A stretch of DNA of 64,000 nucleotides. Source: Dehalococcoidia bacterium (GTDB taxonomy: Bacteria > Chloroflexota > Dehalococcoidia > Plut-88900). The position numbers and the translations under genes are program-made. Numbering within the stretch: position 1 is the stretch's first letter; the number at the start of each line of letters is the position of its first letter. The stretch lies in assembly GCA_965197585.1 (NCBI GenBank), contig OZ240215.1, positions 2,304,001 to 2,368,000 on the forward strand. The letters run 5' to 3'. Shown piece by piece: positions 38,763-47,977 of this stretch. The notes below the pieces were generated by a model. That model was not told where the DNA came from and ran no database searches. It worked only from the letters and a program-made list of their open reading frames with translations.

Positions 38763-39827
38763 TCAGCGGGCGATTTTCAGGAGGAAACGGCGGATGGTCT
38801 CGGCGCTCTGCTGCCATGTAGGGTGAGCGGCGTAGGTGTTCAGGGCCGTCTGTCCCATTTCGGCCAGCAGGGTCCGGTCCTGGATCAGTCGAGTTACATG
38901 CTGGGAAAGCCCCGCTATGTCACCGGGTGCGATGAGGAAGCCGTTGTGACCGTGCTGGATGGTCTCAGCCGCAGCCCCGGAAGTCGTCGCTAGAGCCGGG
39001 AGCCCGAACCCCATCCCCTCCATGTAAACAATTCCGAATCCCTCGTAGGTGGACGGGACGGCCAGGACGTGACATTCCCGAAACACTTCTGCCAGGGCCT
39101 CGTCATTCAGCGCACCCCTGAAAGTAATCCTGTTGGACAGGCCTTTCTCGGAGACCAATGCCCTGACCTTGGAGGCATATTTAGGATCGGCGTCCGGCCC
39201 CACCACGTCGAGACGCCACCCGGGTCCCGATATAGCCAGCGCCGATACCAGGGTGTGAAGCCCCTTGCGCGGTATCAGGTTTCCAAGGAACAGGATACGA
39301 AGAGGACCGGCAGCATTGGCTCGTTCGATGACATTCAGGGGCGTGATGGCCGGATTCAGCCTGTCGCCTCCCGGGTAGGCAATGACATTGGTCTTTGGTC
39401 TGCCAATCGCATTGGCGACGTCAGCCCTGGTCGTTCGGCTGTTGAATACGAAGGCGTCCACGGAGGAAAGGTAGCGGTTCTCGGCCCACCGGTAGACAGG
39501 CATTGCCCAACGTGAATGGGCCTCTTTGGACCGTAGATGGTGGACGATTGACACGATGGGGAGACCCCGAAGAGCCCCGTTCAGCCGGAATAGCGAGGGA
39601 TGGTTAAGTTCATCCTGCAAAAGCAGGTCTAACCCCATCCCGGCAATCTTCTTACGCAAGCTTCGCGAGAAATTATGCGCAAGCAGGCGTGGATACCGAT
39701 GCCAGGGCAGCGAGATAACCTCCACCTCGTCCCCCGACTCCCGCAGATATTCCACCAGCTTCCGGTCGTACAGGAATCCGCCCGACATGGTGGATAGATC
39801 GCCGTAAACGACCAGGCCTATGTGCAT
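38763..39827 (-). CDS. Glycosyltransferase family 4
   Basis: SGGFLYDR, LGNLIPRKG, PSTYEGFGIVYMEGM. Confidence 0.9.
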   Translation of the reverse strand: MHIGLVVYGDLSTMSGGFLYDRKLVEYLRESGDEVEVISLPWHRYPRLLAHNFSRSLRKKIAGMGLDLLLQDELNHPSLFRLNGALRGLPIVSIVHHLRSKEAHSRWAMPVYRWAENRYLSSVDAFVFNSRTTRADVANAIGRPKTNVIAYPGGDRLNPAITPLNVIERANAAGPLRILFLGNLIPRKGLHTLVSALAISGPGWRLDVVGPDADPKYASKVRALVSEKGLSNRITFRGALNDEALAEVFRECHVLAVPSTYEGFGIVYMEGMGFGLPALATTSGAAAETIQHGHNGFLIAPGDIAGLSQHVTRLIQDRTLLAEMGQTALNTYAAHPTWQQSAETIRRFLLKIAR

Positions 39828-40204
39828 CAGAGCGCAAGCCGGTAGGAGGCCCAGGCGTCGGCGTCTTCGTACATCTTGACGGTGATGGTAGCGAGGCCCG
39901 CGGTCTTGATTGAGCCTGCGAGAGACTCGCAGGCAATACGCGAAAAGTGCTCGATACTCGGGTTAAGGCCCTCGAACTCGTCGAAGCTGTTCAGCGTGTG
40001 GTCTTCGTAGCGGTCAACCAGGTCTTCCAGGTTAGTTGTAATGTCCACGATGTCGACCAGAAAGCCGTGCTCGTCCAGTTCAGGCCCCTCTAGCAGCACC
40101 TCTATCTCAAAGTGATGAGAGTTGAGGTTATTCTCGGGCCCCCAGTCCCCACCCACCAGGTAGTGCTGGGCTATAAAGTCCCGTTTGACCGATACGGTGT
40201 ACAT
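39827..40204 (-). CDS. 6-pyruvoyl-tetrahydropterin synthase (COG0720/QueD-like) family
   Basis: FIAQHYL..ENNLNSH, GFLVDI, LNSFDEFEGLNPSIEH. Confidence 0.88.
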   Translation of the reverse strand: MYTVSVKRDFIAQHYLVGGDWGPENNLNSHHFEIEVLLEGPELDEHGFLVDIVDITTNLEDLVDRYEDHTLNSFDEFEGLNPSIEHFSRIACESLAGSIKTAGLATITVKMYEDADAWASYRLAL

Positions 40205-40227
40205 TGGTGCTCCTCCCCGTGCGGGAA

Positions 40228-41247
40228 TCAGTTATCGTAGGTAAATAGGACTTGAAGGGCGTTGGCCGGGTCCCGGTCCAGCAGCTCGTAAGCAGCCCCG
40301 GCGTCATTGAGTGGGAATGTGTGGGACACGAGCCGGGACGGACGAAGCTTCTTTATCATCGACCATGCGAGATCAAATCGGCGCTCCTTCGACCACCGCC
40401 CCGACCACTCGGGAGCAATCGTGCTCACCTGGCTGCTGATAAGCTTGATGCGGTCTCTGTGAAACCGCCCCCCGAGTCCCAGCCGAGACTCCTTGGTCCC
40501 GTACCATGACCCGACCACAATCCGCCCGTTGTACCCGGCAGTCTTTACAGCTTGGTCCAGGGCCACAGGGTTGCCCGAAAGCTCAAATGATAGGTCTGCA
40601 CCCCTGTAGCCCCGGCTCCCCTGAAGCGCGTACATGAGACCTGAGTCGTCTGGCGTGAGGCTTGCAGTCGCTCCCAAGGCTAACGACTCCCGTCTGCGCC
40701 TCTCGTGCTGGTCTACCGTCACTAGGCTGGCCAGTGGCATTTCCGACAGGAGCGCCGTGACCAGAAGCCCGACCACACCCTGCCCGAATACCGCCACCTG
40801 CTCCCCGATGGACGGCTGGCCGTCCATCACGAGGTTCACAGCAGTCTCCATTGTGGGCAGAAACGCGGCATCCTCAGCCGAAATGCCATCAGGCGCCTTT
40901 ATCAATTCTGATGTTGGAGAGATAAAACTGCTTTCATGGGGACGGAACGAGAACACCAGGTCCCCCGGCCCGACACCCGCCTCGCCTGCCCCCACTTCTT
41001 CCACTCTCCCGACCGCCGCATAGCCGTACTTGGTTGGATACTGAAAAGTCCCGTTCAACGCCGCTATGGACTCATCGACCGGCATCTCGCCAGGCATTTG
41101 GCCCCGGTACAAGAGCAGCTCCGTGCCCGAGCTGATAGCCGAGACTAGGGTCTTGACTAGCGCCTCACCCGGACCAGGGGATCCGAGAACGGAGCGTTGC
41201 ACCTCAACGCGGTATGGGGCAGCGAAAACTAGCGCGGTGTGGGACAT
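40228..41247 (-). CDS. Zinc-binding alcohol dehydrogenase-like protein
   Basis: SAISSGTELLLYRG, GYAAVG, FGQGVVG, GSWYG, SSQV. Confidence 0.88.
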   Translation of the reverse strand: MSHTALVFAAPYRVEVQRSVLGSPGPGEALVKTLVSAISSGTELLLYRGQMPGEMPVDESIAALNGTFQYPTKYGYAAVGRVEEVGAGEAGVGPGDLVFSFRPHESSFISPTSELIKAPDGISAEDAAFLPTMETAVNLVMDGQPSIGEQVAVFGQGVVGLLVTALLSEMPLASLVTVDQHERRRRESLALGATASLTPDDSGLMYALQGSRGYRGADLSFELSGNPVALDQAVKTAGYNGRIVVGSWYGTKESRLGLGGRFHRDRIKLISSQVSTIAPEWSGRWSKERRFDLAWSMIKKLRPSRLVSHTFPLNDAGAAYELLDRDPANALQVLFTYDN

Positions 41248-41251
41248 GGGG

Positions 41252-42598
41252 TCATCCCTCGAGGGGACGGTCCCAGACAGGGTCCCCCCAGATGACCATG
41301 TCGTCGCCCACCTTCTTGTAGCCCGTGTTGGCTAACCTGGGGAATTCAGGGTAGGCGCCTTCCATTGGCTTGACCGCCCTCATGCCGCCCAAAACAACGG
41401 GCGCGACGGTTAGCACCACGTGGTCTACCAACCGCTCGGTGAAGAAGCTGGTAATGACCCGAGCCCCTCCTTCCACCATGACGCTCCCGACAGACTCGCT
41501 CGCAAGGAGGGCCAAAAGGGCAGGCAAATCGACCCAACCCCTGCTGTTGGACGGAATGCACAGGACGCGGGCCCCTGCTTCCTCCAGGGCCTTTATCCTA
41601 TCTGTAGATGCCTGCTCCGTAGTTGCGATCCAGGGTCGCAGGTTGCTGCCCCCAAGGAGTTGGGCATCAATTGGAAACCTCAGCTTGCTGTCCAGGATTA
41701 CGGGTTGGGGTTGTACCCCTTTAGCAAGCCTGACCGTTAACCCCGGGTCATCCGCTAGCACGGTCCCGATGCCGACCAATATGGCATCGTGGACACCCCG
41801 AACGCTGTGGGTCATCGCCTCGGACTCCGGACTGCTGAGGCGGATTGGGCTGCCCGGCTTCACGGCAATGCAGCCGTCGAGGCTCTGGGCATAAGACAGG
41901 GTTACCGAAGGAATACCCGACTCCGCGTTGCGTCTCTTCGTCTCGCGAGGTGTGTGAGATGTCCCATTCGCCCCCGACTCCATCTGCTTCGGCAAGGACG
42001 GCAGGTCCAGGAGATGGCCGAGACGGGAAGCCTTGGTCTCTATGTAGTCCTTGTTTTCAACAGTGATACGCGGCTGAAGGGCCTCCCTGGACGACACCTC
42101 GATACCGAACTTCTTCAGCCCGTCGATCTTTGAAGGATTATTGGTGAGCACCCGTACGGACTTGACGCCGATGTCCTTCAGAATGAGCGCTGCAACTTCG
42201 TAGTCGCGCAGGTCGGCGACGTGACCCAGGAGGATGTTGGCGTCGACAGTGTCGTAGCCCACGTCTTGAAGGTTGTAAGCCTTTAGCTTTTCCAGAAGCC
42301 CGATACCCCGGCCTTCCTGGCGCAGATAAAGGACCACACCCTGCCCCTCTGCCGCTATGCGCTGAATCGAAAGATTGAGCTGGCTGCCGCAATCGCAGCG
42401 CATGGACCCGAGGACGTCTCCGGTAAAGCACTCGGAGTGGACGCGCACCAGCACATCTTCCTCATCGGTGACGTCACCCGTGACTAGAGCAACGTGCTCC
42501 TTGTCGTCCAGGTTGTTCGAGTAATAGAAGAGACGGAACTCGGCAACGGGAGTGGGGATTCGGGCGGAAACTTTTCTTTCGATGGTCAGCGTTTGCAT
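41252..42598 (-). CDS. ribA: GTP cyclohydrolase II fused to RibD C-terminal reductase
   Basis: RVHSECFTGDVLGSMRCDCG, QEGRGIG, TNNPSK; then AQSLDG, ILVGIGTVLADDP, VEGG. Confidence 0.9.
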   Translation of the reverse strand: MQTLTIERKVSARIPTPVAEFRLFYYSNNLDDKEHVALVTGDVTDEEDVLVRVHSECFTGDVLGSMRCDCGSQLNLSIQRIAAEGQGVVLYLRQEGRGIGLLEKLKAYNLQDVGYDTVDANILLGHVADLRDYEVAALILKDIGVKSVRVLTNNPSKIDGLKKFGIEVSSREALQPRITVENKDYIETKASRLGHLLDLPSLPKQMESGANGTSHTPRETKRRNAESGIPSVTLSYAQSLDGCIAVKPGSPIRLSSPESEAMTHSVRGVHDAILVGIGTVLADDPGLTVRLAKGVQPQPVILDSKLRFPIDAQLLGGSNLRPWIATTEQASTDRIKALEEAGARVLCIPSNSRGWVDLPALLALLASESVGSVMVEGGARVITSFFTERLVDHVVLTVAPVVLGGMRAVKPMEGAYPEFPRLANTGYKKVGDDMVIWGDPVWDRPLEG

Positions 42599-42599
42599 G

Positions 42600-42807
42600 G
42601 GACTCTACAGGTCATAGAAGGATAAAGGATACAAGGGCAACTAATGGGGTTGTCCGGCAAAGTTCCACATTGGTCGGCAATCGGGTCTCGTTATTTGCGG
42701 TTATCGTGGAACGCCGGGACTATGGACTTGGCTCCGCGCAGAACTGAATTGTCCTGCAAAGAAGCGCCTCCAAGTCAATTATTATACTGATAGAACAAAA
42801 CTGTCAA
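42600..42807 (-). promoter_or_regulatory. Promoter and structured 5' leader of the ribA cluster
   Basis: Minus strand TTGACA(42807)...TATAAT(42786) with a short 15-bp spacer; two long stems in the leader. Confidence 0.5.
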
Positions 42808-42842
42808 ATTGAGGAGGGAGCAGGTCCTACAGAAAATTGTGG

Positions 42843-43745
42843 TTACGGCACAAAGATGGGCTGAGTCCAGGCCCGGGACCCGTCTGAGCCAAGCACCCGA
42901 GCCCTAACGTATCCCTCGTCCCCCCGCACGTCGTATGAAGCCCGGAGCCCGTACTCACGGTCCAGCACTCGTCCGCCCCGCGTGACAAACTCGGTGTCGT
43001 AGGCCATGTGCCACTCTTGGCAGATTGCAAGCTCAATTCTGTCCTGAGTTATGACCAGCTCGTCCAGCACAACGCCCGTGGAGGAATAGAACGCCCCCGA
43101 CTCCAGGGCTTCCACTACAGCGTCCCGCTCCAGCACCGGTGCATCGACTATCACCCACCCTCTGCCGGGATTGGCCAGGCTCGGCTTGAAGTCACCCTGA
43201 AAGTGGTGGGAATCATCCACCGCTACGCCGAATATGGGACGGCTGGCGGTGAGCACCATGTCCCAGATCTCCTCACAGCCCGGGCGTCCTCCACCCCCAT
43301 AGTTGTTGAGTACGTTATTACCGTTGAATATCTCCAGCAGATTCGCCCCCGAGACCTGCACTATGTGCCGGTCGTCATAGGCCCACGTATAGTTGGGATG
43401 ATTCAGCGATACGATTCCACCGGCTGCGTGGACGGCATCGATGTTGGCCTGTAGGGTCGGGACGATATCACCGGCGTCCACGGGCTCCACGTAACTCCTG
43501 ATCCCAATCGCACCCAGGTGAATCGATGTCTCCCCACGATTTAGCTCCACCGACACCTCTTCCCCTGGGATCATCAAAGGCCCTTCTACCCCACCACTCC
43601 CGTGCTCTAGAAGCGTCACGTGGTTATGGTCGGTCAGAACCAGGAAGTCGTAGCCGTTTCGCCGGTACCAGTCCACGGCGACTTCGGGCTCGGAGTCACC
43701 GTCGGAGCGGGTGGTGTGGGTGTGTATGTTTCCCTTGAACCACAC
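42843..43745 (-). CDS. PHP-domain (CehA/McbA-like) metallohydrolase
   Basis: KGNIHTHT..SDG, TDHN, GEE, NHP, DDSH; start likely GTG 43745. Confidence 0.85.
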   Translation of the reverse strand: MWFKGNIHTHTTRSDGDSEPEVAVDWYRRNGYDFLVLTDHNHVTLLEHGSGGVEGPLMIPGEEVSVELNRGETSIHLGAIGIRSYVEPVDAGDIVPTLQANIDAVHAAGGIVSLNHPNYTWAYDDRHIVQVSGANLLEIFNGNNVLNNYGGGGRPGCEEIWDMVLTASRPIFGVAVDDSHHFQGDFKPSLANPGRGWVIVDAPVLERDAVVEALESGAFYSSTGVVLDELVITQDRIELAICQEWHMAYDTEFVTRGGRVLDREYGLRASYDVRGDEGYVRARVLGSDGSRAWTQPIFVP

Positions 43746-43749
43746 CGTG

Positions 43750-44850
43750 CTAGTTGTGGCAGCCCCTGGCCGTGATGTCCCAGACGGCTTCCACTGAGCC
43801 ATCCCGCACGGCGACGTACTGGTCCCAGCGATTGGTCAACATGTCCTGCTGCCCGCTGATGAGCGCCAACTTATCCCCGACCTCCGGCGTCGGGCCTCCG
43901 TCGCACTTGAAGACTATGTGCTCCTCGTGCAGTGCTTCAGCAGTCAGATACGGCATGTCTTCGACGAAGGGCTTGACTCCTCCCGGCGAAGCAAGCGCCC
44001 GTGACCCGACATCCGCCACGACTATCCCGGGTCTCGGAGCGCTGACAACCGTGCACAGGATTTTTGCAGCGTAGCGAAGGTCGTCCATATAGTCGAAATT
44101 GTGGGACATCAGGGCATACGTGCCCCCTTCCACCTCCGTTACGCCGGGGATGGTGGCGGCAACGTCGATAGTGAAGGTCTCCCCCGATGACACAACCTCT
44201 ACGGGGATGCCCTCGGCTTCTATCGCATCCTTCACGTCGAGGCACTGCTGGATGTATTTGCGGCCCCAGATGTAGCGGGTCTCCCTGTCGGGTGAGCCGT
44301 CCAGGGTCTGGTGACTCATCACTCCCTTGAAATCGACCCCCGGCAGCGAGTGGGCAAGCTTGGCCAGCTCGACGCCCTGCTCCTTGTTCCGTATACCTGC
44401 CCGTCCCATCGACGTGTCGACTTCAATCACCACCCCGATGTTGACGCCCCGCTCGGAGGCTATCCGAGATAGATTCCGAACGTTCTCCGCGTTATCTATT
44501 CCAACCGTAACCTTGGCCCGTTCGGCCACGGAGCACAGGCGGGTGATCTTGTCGTCGGTTACCACTTGGTTCGGAATGAGAATATCTTCTATTCCGCCTT
44601 CCGTCATAACCTCCGCCTCGGCAACTTTGGCCGTGCAGACCCCCCCGACCGTGCCACCCTCCCGGATCTGTAAATGTGCCACGATCGGGCTCTTGGTGTT
44701 CTTCACGTGGGCCCGCATCTTGCATTGGGAGTCCTTGTAGGTCTCGGCAACGAAGCGGTAGTTGTGCTCCAGTGCCTCCATGTCGATCATGAGGCATGGC
44801 GTGTCGAGCTCTTGAATCGAAGTGCCGACGGCGGGTCTGTAGTTCTCCAA
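43750..44850 (-). CDS. Fold-III PLP enzyme, D-threonine aldolase/D-serine dehydratase (DSD1)-like
   Basis: LDTP, RAHVK (PLP Lys), AKVAEAE, EVD..GRAG, EEH. Confidence 0.85.
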   Translation of the reverse strand: MENYRPAVGTSIQELDTPCLMIDMEALEHNYRFVAETYKDSQCKMRAHVKNTKSPIVAHLQIREGGTVGGVCTAKVAEAEVMTEGGIEDILIPNQVVTDDKITRLCSVAERAKVTVGIDNAENVRNLSRIASERGVNIGVVIEVDTSMGRAGIRNKEQGVELAKLAHSLPGVDFKGVMSHQTLDGSPDRETRYIWGRKYIQQCLDVKDAIEAEGIPVEVVSSGETFTIDVAATIPGVTEVEGGTYALMSHNFDYMDDLRYAAKILCTVVSAPRPGIVVADVGSRALASPGGVKPFVEDMPYLTAEALHEEHIVFKCDGGPTPEVGDKLALISGQQDMLTNRWDQYVAVRDGSVEAVWDITARGCHN

Positions 44851-44874
44851 GGTTTACCTCCGTGAGGCCAGGGC

Positions 44875-45984
44875 TTACCTGTAAAGCCCCCGGCCCGTGA
44901 TCTGCCAGACCGTCTCCAGCTTCCCGTCCCTGACCGCATGCATATAGTCGTACAGGTTTGCGCACGTCCCGATATCCGATGGGACAAGCCAGACGTGGTC
45001 GCCCATATGCAGTTTCTCAGCCTCATCATCGTGGAGCGTAAGGCTGCCATGCTCGGCGCTGAGTGATTTAAGGGTTGCGTTGACATCGACATCCAAAGCG
45101 GCGAGTCCAGTGTCGGCTCCCACCGCCTTCTGACCGGTGTCGGTGATGGCCAGGCCCGGCTCCGGGCGGCTGGTTACCGTGGCCATGATCCGGGCCGCGG
45201 GTCTGAGTTCGGGTCGCTGGGGCGCGTACCGGCAATCCAGCAGAGCGTAGGCTCCTGCACAAACCTCGGTGATGCCCGGGACGGCGCCCATGATCTCGTA
45301 GTTATGCGTCCCGCCCGCCGACAGCACCTCTACGTTCAGCCCCGACTCCTCCGCCATCCTCTTGGTCTCAACCAACATCGAGGCAACATCCTGAGATTCA
45401 TCGGCTAGCTTGCCAGGGTCATCGGATGAAAGCCGACCCTCGTAGGTGGCAAACCCGGCAAATACAAGGCCCTCAAGCCTTTCAATCGCCTGGGCAATGT
45501 CCACAGCCGCATGCCCTGGTTCGACACCGCAGACGTGCAGACCAGTGTCTATTCCCACAACCGCCCTAAGGGTGACTCCGAGGGACGCTGCGGCGTTGGA
45601 GATAACCTCGGCATTGCGTGCGTTGTCCACGTAGACAGTTATCGAGACGCGTCGCGCCAGGCGGCACAACCTCTCTATCTTCAGCCCGGTGACTATCGGA
45701 TTGGCGATGAAAATATCTTTGATACCGTCGTTGGCGAAATGCTCTGCCAGTCCGACCGTGTTCACCGAAATCCCCCCCACCGTCCCCTCCGAGGCCAATT
45801 GCAAACTCGCTATTGCCGGACACCGGTGCGTCTCAACGTGGGGCCTCAGCCCCACATCCCGCCCCCGAAAGAAGGAATGTACCGTCTCAATGTTCTGGTC
45901 CAGAGCATCGAGATCGATAACCAGGGCAGGCGTGTCCAGCTTTTCGACTGGCGTGCCGGGTGCTTTGAAAATTGGGCGTTCCAT
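44875..45984 (-). CDS. DSD1-like paralog lacking the PLP lysine
   Basis: LDTPAL, RPHVETHR (E at the K position), GGT, SAEHG, CANLY. Confidence 0.82.
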   Translation of the reverse strand: MERPIFKAPGTPVEKLDTPALVIDLDALDQNIETVHSFFRGRDVGLRPHVETHRCPAIASLQLASEGTVGGISVNTVGLAEHFANDGIKDIFIANPIVTGLKIERLCRLARRVSITVYVDNARNAEVISNAAASLGVTLRAVVGIDTGLHVCGVEPGHAAVDIAQAIERLEGLVFAGFATYEGRLSSDDPGKLADESQDVASMLVETKRMAEESGLNVEVLSAGGTHNYEIMGAVPGITEVCAGAYALLDCRYAPQRPELRPAARIMATVTSRPEPGLAITDTGQKAVGADTGLAALDVDVNATLKSLSAEHGSLTLHDDEAEKLHMGDHVWLVPSDIGTCANLYDYMHAVRDGKLETVWQITGRGLYR

Positions 45985-46101
45985 AAGTTTGTATAAGTGG
46001 TCAGGGGTGAATTGGAAACCTTGAACTATGGAGCGAGAATATTATACCCCCTTGAGGGCGTCCACACACTAAGACCTTTCCATAAACCCCACCCCCTCCC
46101 C

Positions 46102-46420
46102 CGTCATTCCGGCCCCCGAGCCGGTAGAAGATGCTGCAAGCGGAACGTCCGCCTCGGGAGGATGCGCCTGTGGCGTGCGCCGAGGCGTGAATCCATCCTT
46201 GGGGTGGGGCCGTTCACCCTGTCGTAGATCCGCCGAGGCGGGAGCACCGTCGAAGGGCCGAGCGGGGGGCGGCCCACCACTGCAAATCCGTCGCGTCCCT
46301 AGAAAGCCACCCCACCCCTTTCTCCCCCGTCATTCCTGCGGAGGCAGGTCGCAGATGCGCCAAGGCGTGAACCCATCCCTCCTGAAGGCGCACCTCCCGC
46401 CGAGCCGGAATCCATCCCCT
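46102..46420. repeat. Nested cluster of palindromic repeats with 21-nt inserts
   Basis: GTCATTCC/GGAATCC and CCCTG/GTCGAAGGG units interrupted by TCGNAGATSCGCCRAGGCGKG. Confidence 0.8.
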
Positions 46421-46504
46421 CTCCCGTAGCCCTCACCTCCGCGAAAACTCACCTTCCGCCTCTACCGCATCAAGCCATGTCCAGCCAAATGTGACACGAA
46501 CCCC

Positions 46505-46534
46505 TTGACCAAAGCAAAACACATGTACTATATT
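46505..46534 (+). promoter_or_regulatory. sigma70-like promoter with overlapping LexA-like box (element copy B)
   Basis: TTGACC-18 bp-TATATT; AAAC-ACAT-GTAC at 46517-46528, same offset as in copy A. Confidence 0.6.
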
Positions 46535-46539
46535 CACTC

Positions 46540-47115
46540 CCGACTGGCCAGTTACCCACCCCAAGGCCAAGGAGGAACCACAACCCAGGGGGAACACCAT
46601 CCCCGGCCCCCGAGGACTCAACGTCCCAGCCCATCCCAAAGAGCGGCGTTAGCCGCTCCCAGGCTCAAGCGAAAGCCGCCATCTCCTCACCTAAAGGCCC
46701 CGGCTCACCCCCCCCCAACCATCAGGCGATGGAAGGTCCATCGACTCTACGCGGCATGTAGGCTTACGAGACCAGCCTACTCGACGCACCACTCACCCGG
46801 CGCGTTCGAGTCAACGCTATGCGCATAGCACGCGAATATACGGAGCCCTCCATTGCAGGGCTAGGCTAGGGGCCTTCGTGCCCCCGGCATACTCCACCGC
46901 CGTTCCCTTCGGAGGTCCCCACCCAGCGGCGGAAGTGAGTAGGCGCTCCCATCCCTCCGAATGGTCGAGCGCAGGCTTGTGGACGAGACACCCCGCCTCT
47001 CTCGCCCGCCTCAGCAAAGACACGTGGGGTAATCGCAGGCTGGTCTCCCGCCCCTGCCCAAGAGTCTCGGACCTTCCATCGCCTACCCCCCAATAACCAA
47101 ACCAAACCCGGAACC
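46540..47115 (+). ncRNA. Putative large structured ncRNA, copy B
   Basis: Blocks shared with copy A; stems 46724-46748/47061-47084 and 46768-46778/47037-47047. Confidence 0.55.
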
Positions 47116-47179
47116 CCAATCGAAGATCCGCCTCAGGAGGACTTAATAACCCCAAGCCCGTAGCGGTGACGTAGGCAAA

Positions 47180-47893
47180 CTACCTGAACTCCCTTGCCCA
47201 CAGTGCCTGCAGGATGGGCACCTCGTCCAGTTTATCCCCCAAGTCTTCCCAAATTATCCCCGTTGGCCTGTGAAATCCTCCTTCACACGCCACCAACTCC
47301 TCCGGCGTTCCTATGTAGTCCAGGGAAATATCGTGAGATGTCATGGGCAGCTCTTCCGACAAAAGCTGCACAGGATGAACGGTAGTTACTATCGGCGTAC
47401 TCTTAGATATCAGGCCTAGGGTCAAGGCAACAGCGTATTCAAGGTCCGAATACCCGCCGCCCTTGCCCAGCCGAGCCCCTTTCCTGTTCACCGCCACCGA
47501 CCCGCAGACAATCAGGTCAATGCGCTGCATTTCATCAGGGTGCACGAGCCTGCCTAGCTGTGCAGCGCCCTTGATGCTGCTGGCCAACCGGTAGTCGCTG
47601 ATACGGGCCGGGTCCAGTTCAACGAAGCACTTCTCCTGCGTGAGCCGGGGCACGGCCATGTAGACGGTCTTACCCTGCTCCAGGGCGAGCCTTCTCAGGG
47701 GCCTCTGAGGCAGATCGGGGTTCGACTTAATCACCCGGGCGTTCTTCCATATCTCCAACTCGGCAAGCTGAAGATGTGCCCGACCCGAGCCCGTGAAGTT
47801 TGGTATCCGACCCACGGCTCCCGGAAACGCGGCGACACCCGCATCCCTCATCGACTGCCACACATCCTTCCGTATTTCGTCCTTGTCTCTCAT
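47180..47893 (-). CDS. 5-formyltetrahydrofolate cyclo-ligase
   Basis: RIPNF, NPDLPQ, AVPRL, GSVAV..GARLGKGGGYSDLEY, HD. Confidence 0.88.
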   Translation of the reverse strand: MRDKDEIRKDVWQSMRDAGVAAFPGAVGRIPNFTGSGRAHLQLAELEIWKNARVIKSNPDLPQRPLRRLALEQGKTVYMAVPRLTQEKCFVELDPARISDYRLASSIKGAAQLGRLVHPDEMQRIDLIVCGSVAVNRKGARLGKGGGYSDLEYAVALTLGLISKSTPIVTTVHPVQLLSEELPMTSHDISLDYIGTPEELVACEGGFHRPTGIIWEDLGDKLDEVPILQALWAREFR

Positions 47894-47977
47894 TACGTGT
47901 CTCCGCCCAAATTATAGTCTCGTCCCCTCCTGCAAAGCAGGCCCGGTCCACCGTTTCCCTGTGATATATTCGCTGCC

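Noticed and set aside
42600-42776. FMN riboswitch upstream of ribA
   Set aside because: The conserved AGGGCGGGGUGAAAUUCCC-type signature is absent.
46540-47115. 6S RNA, suggested by proximity to the 5-formyl-THF cyclo-ligase gene
   Set aside because: 6S is ~180-200 nt and lies upstream of and co-oriented with ygfA. This element is downstream, convergent, much longer and has a paralog elsewhere.
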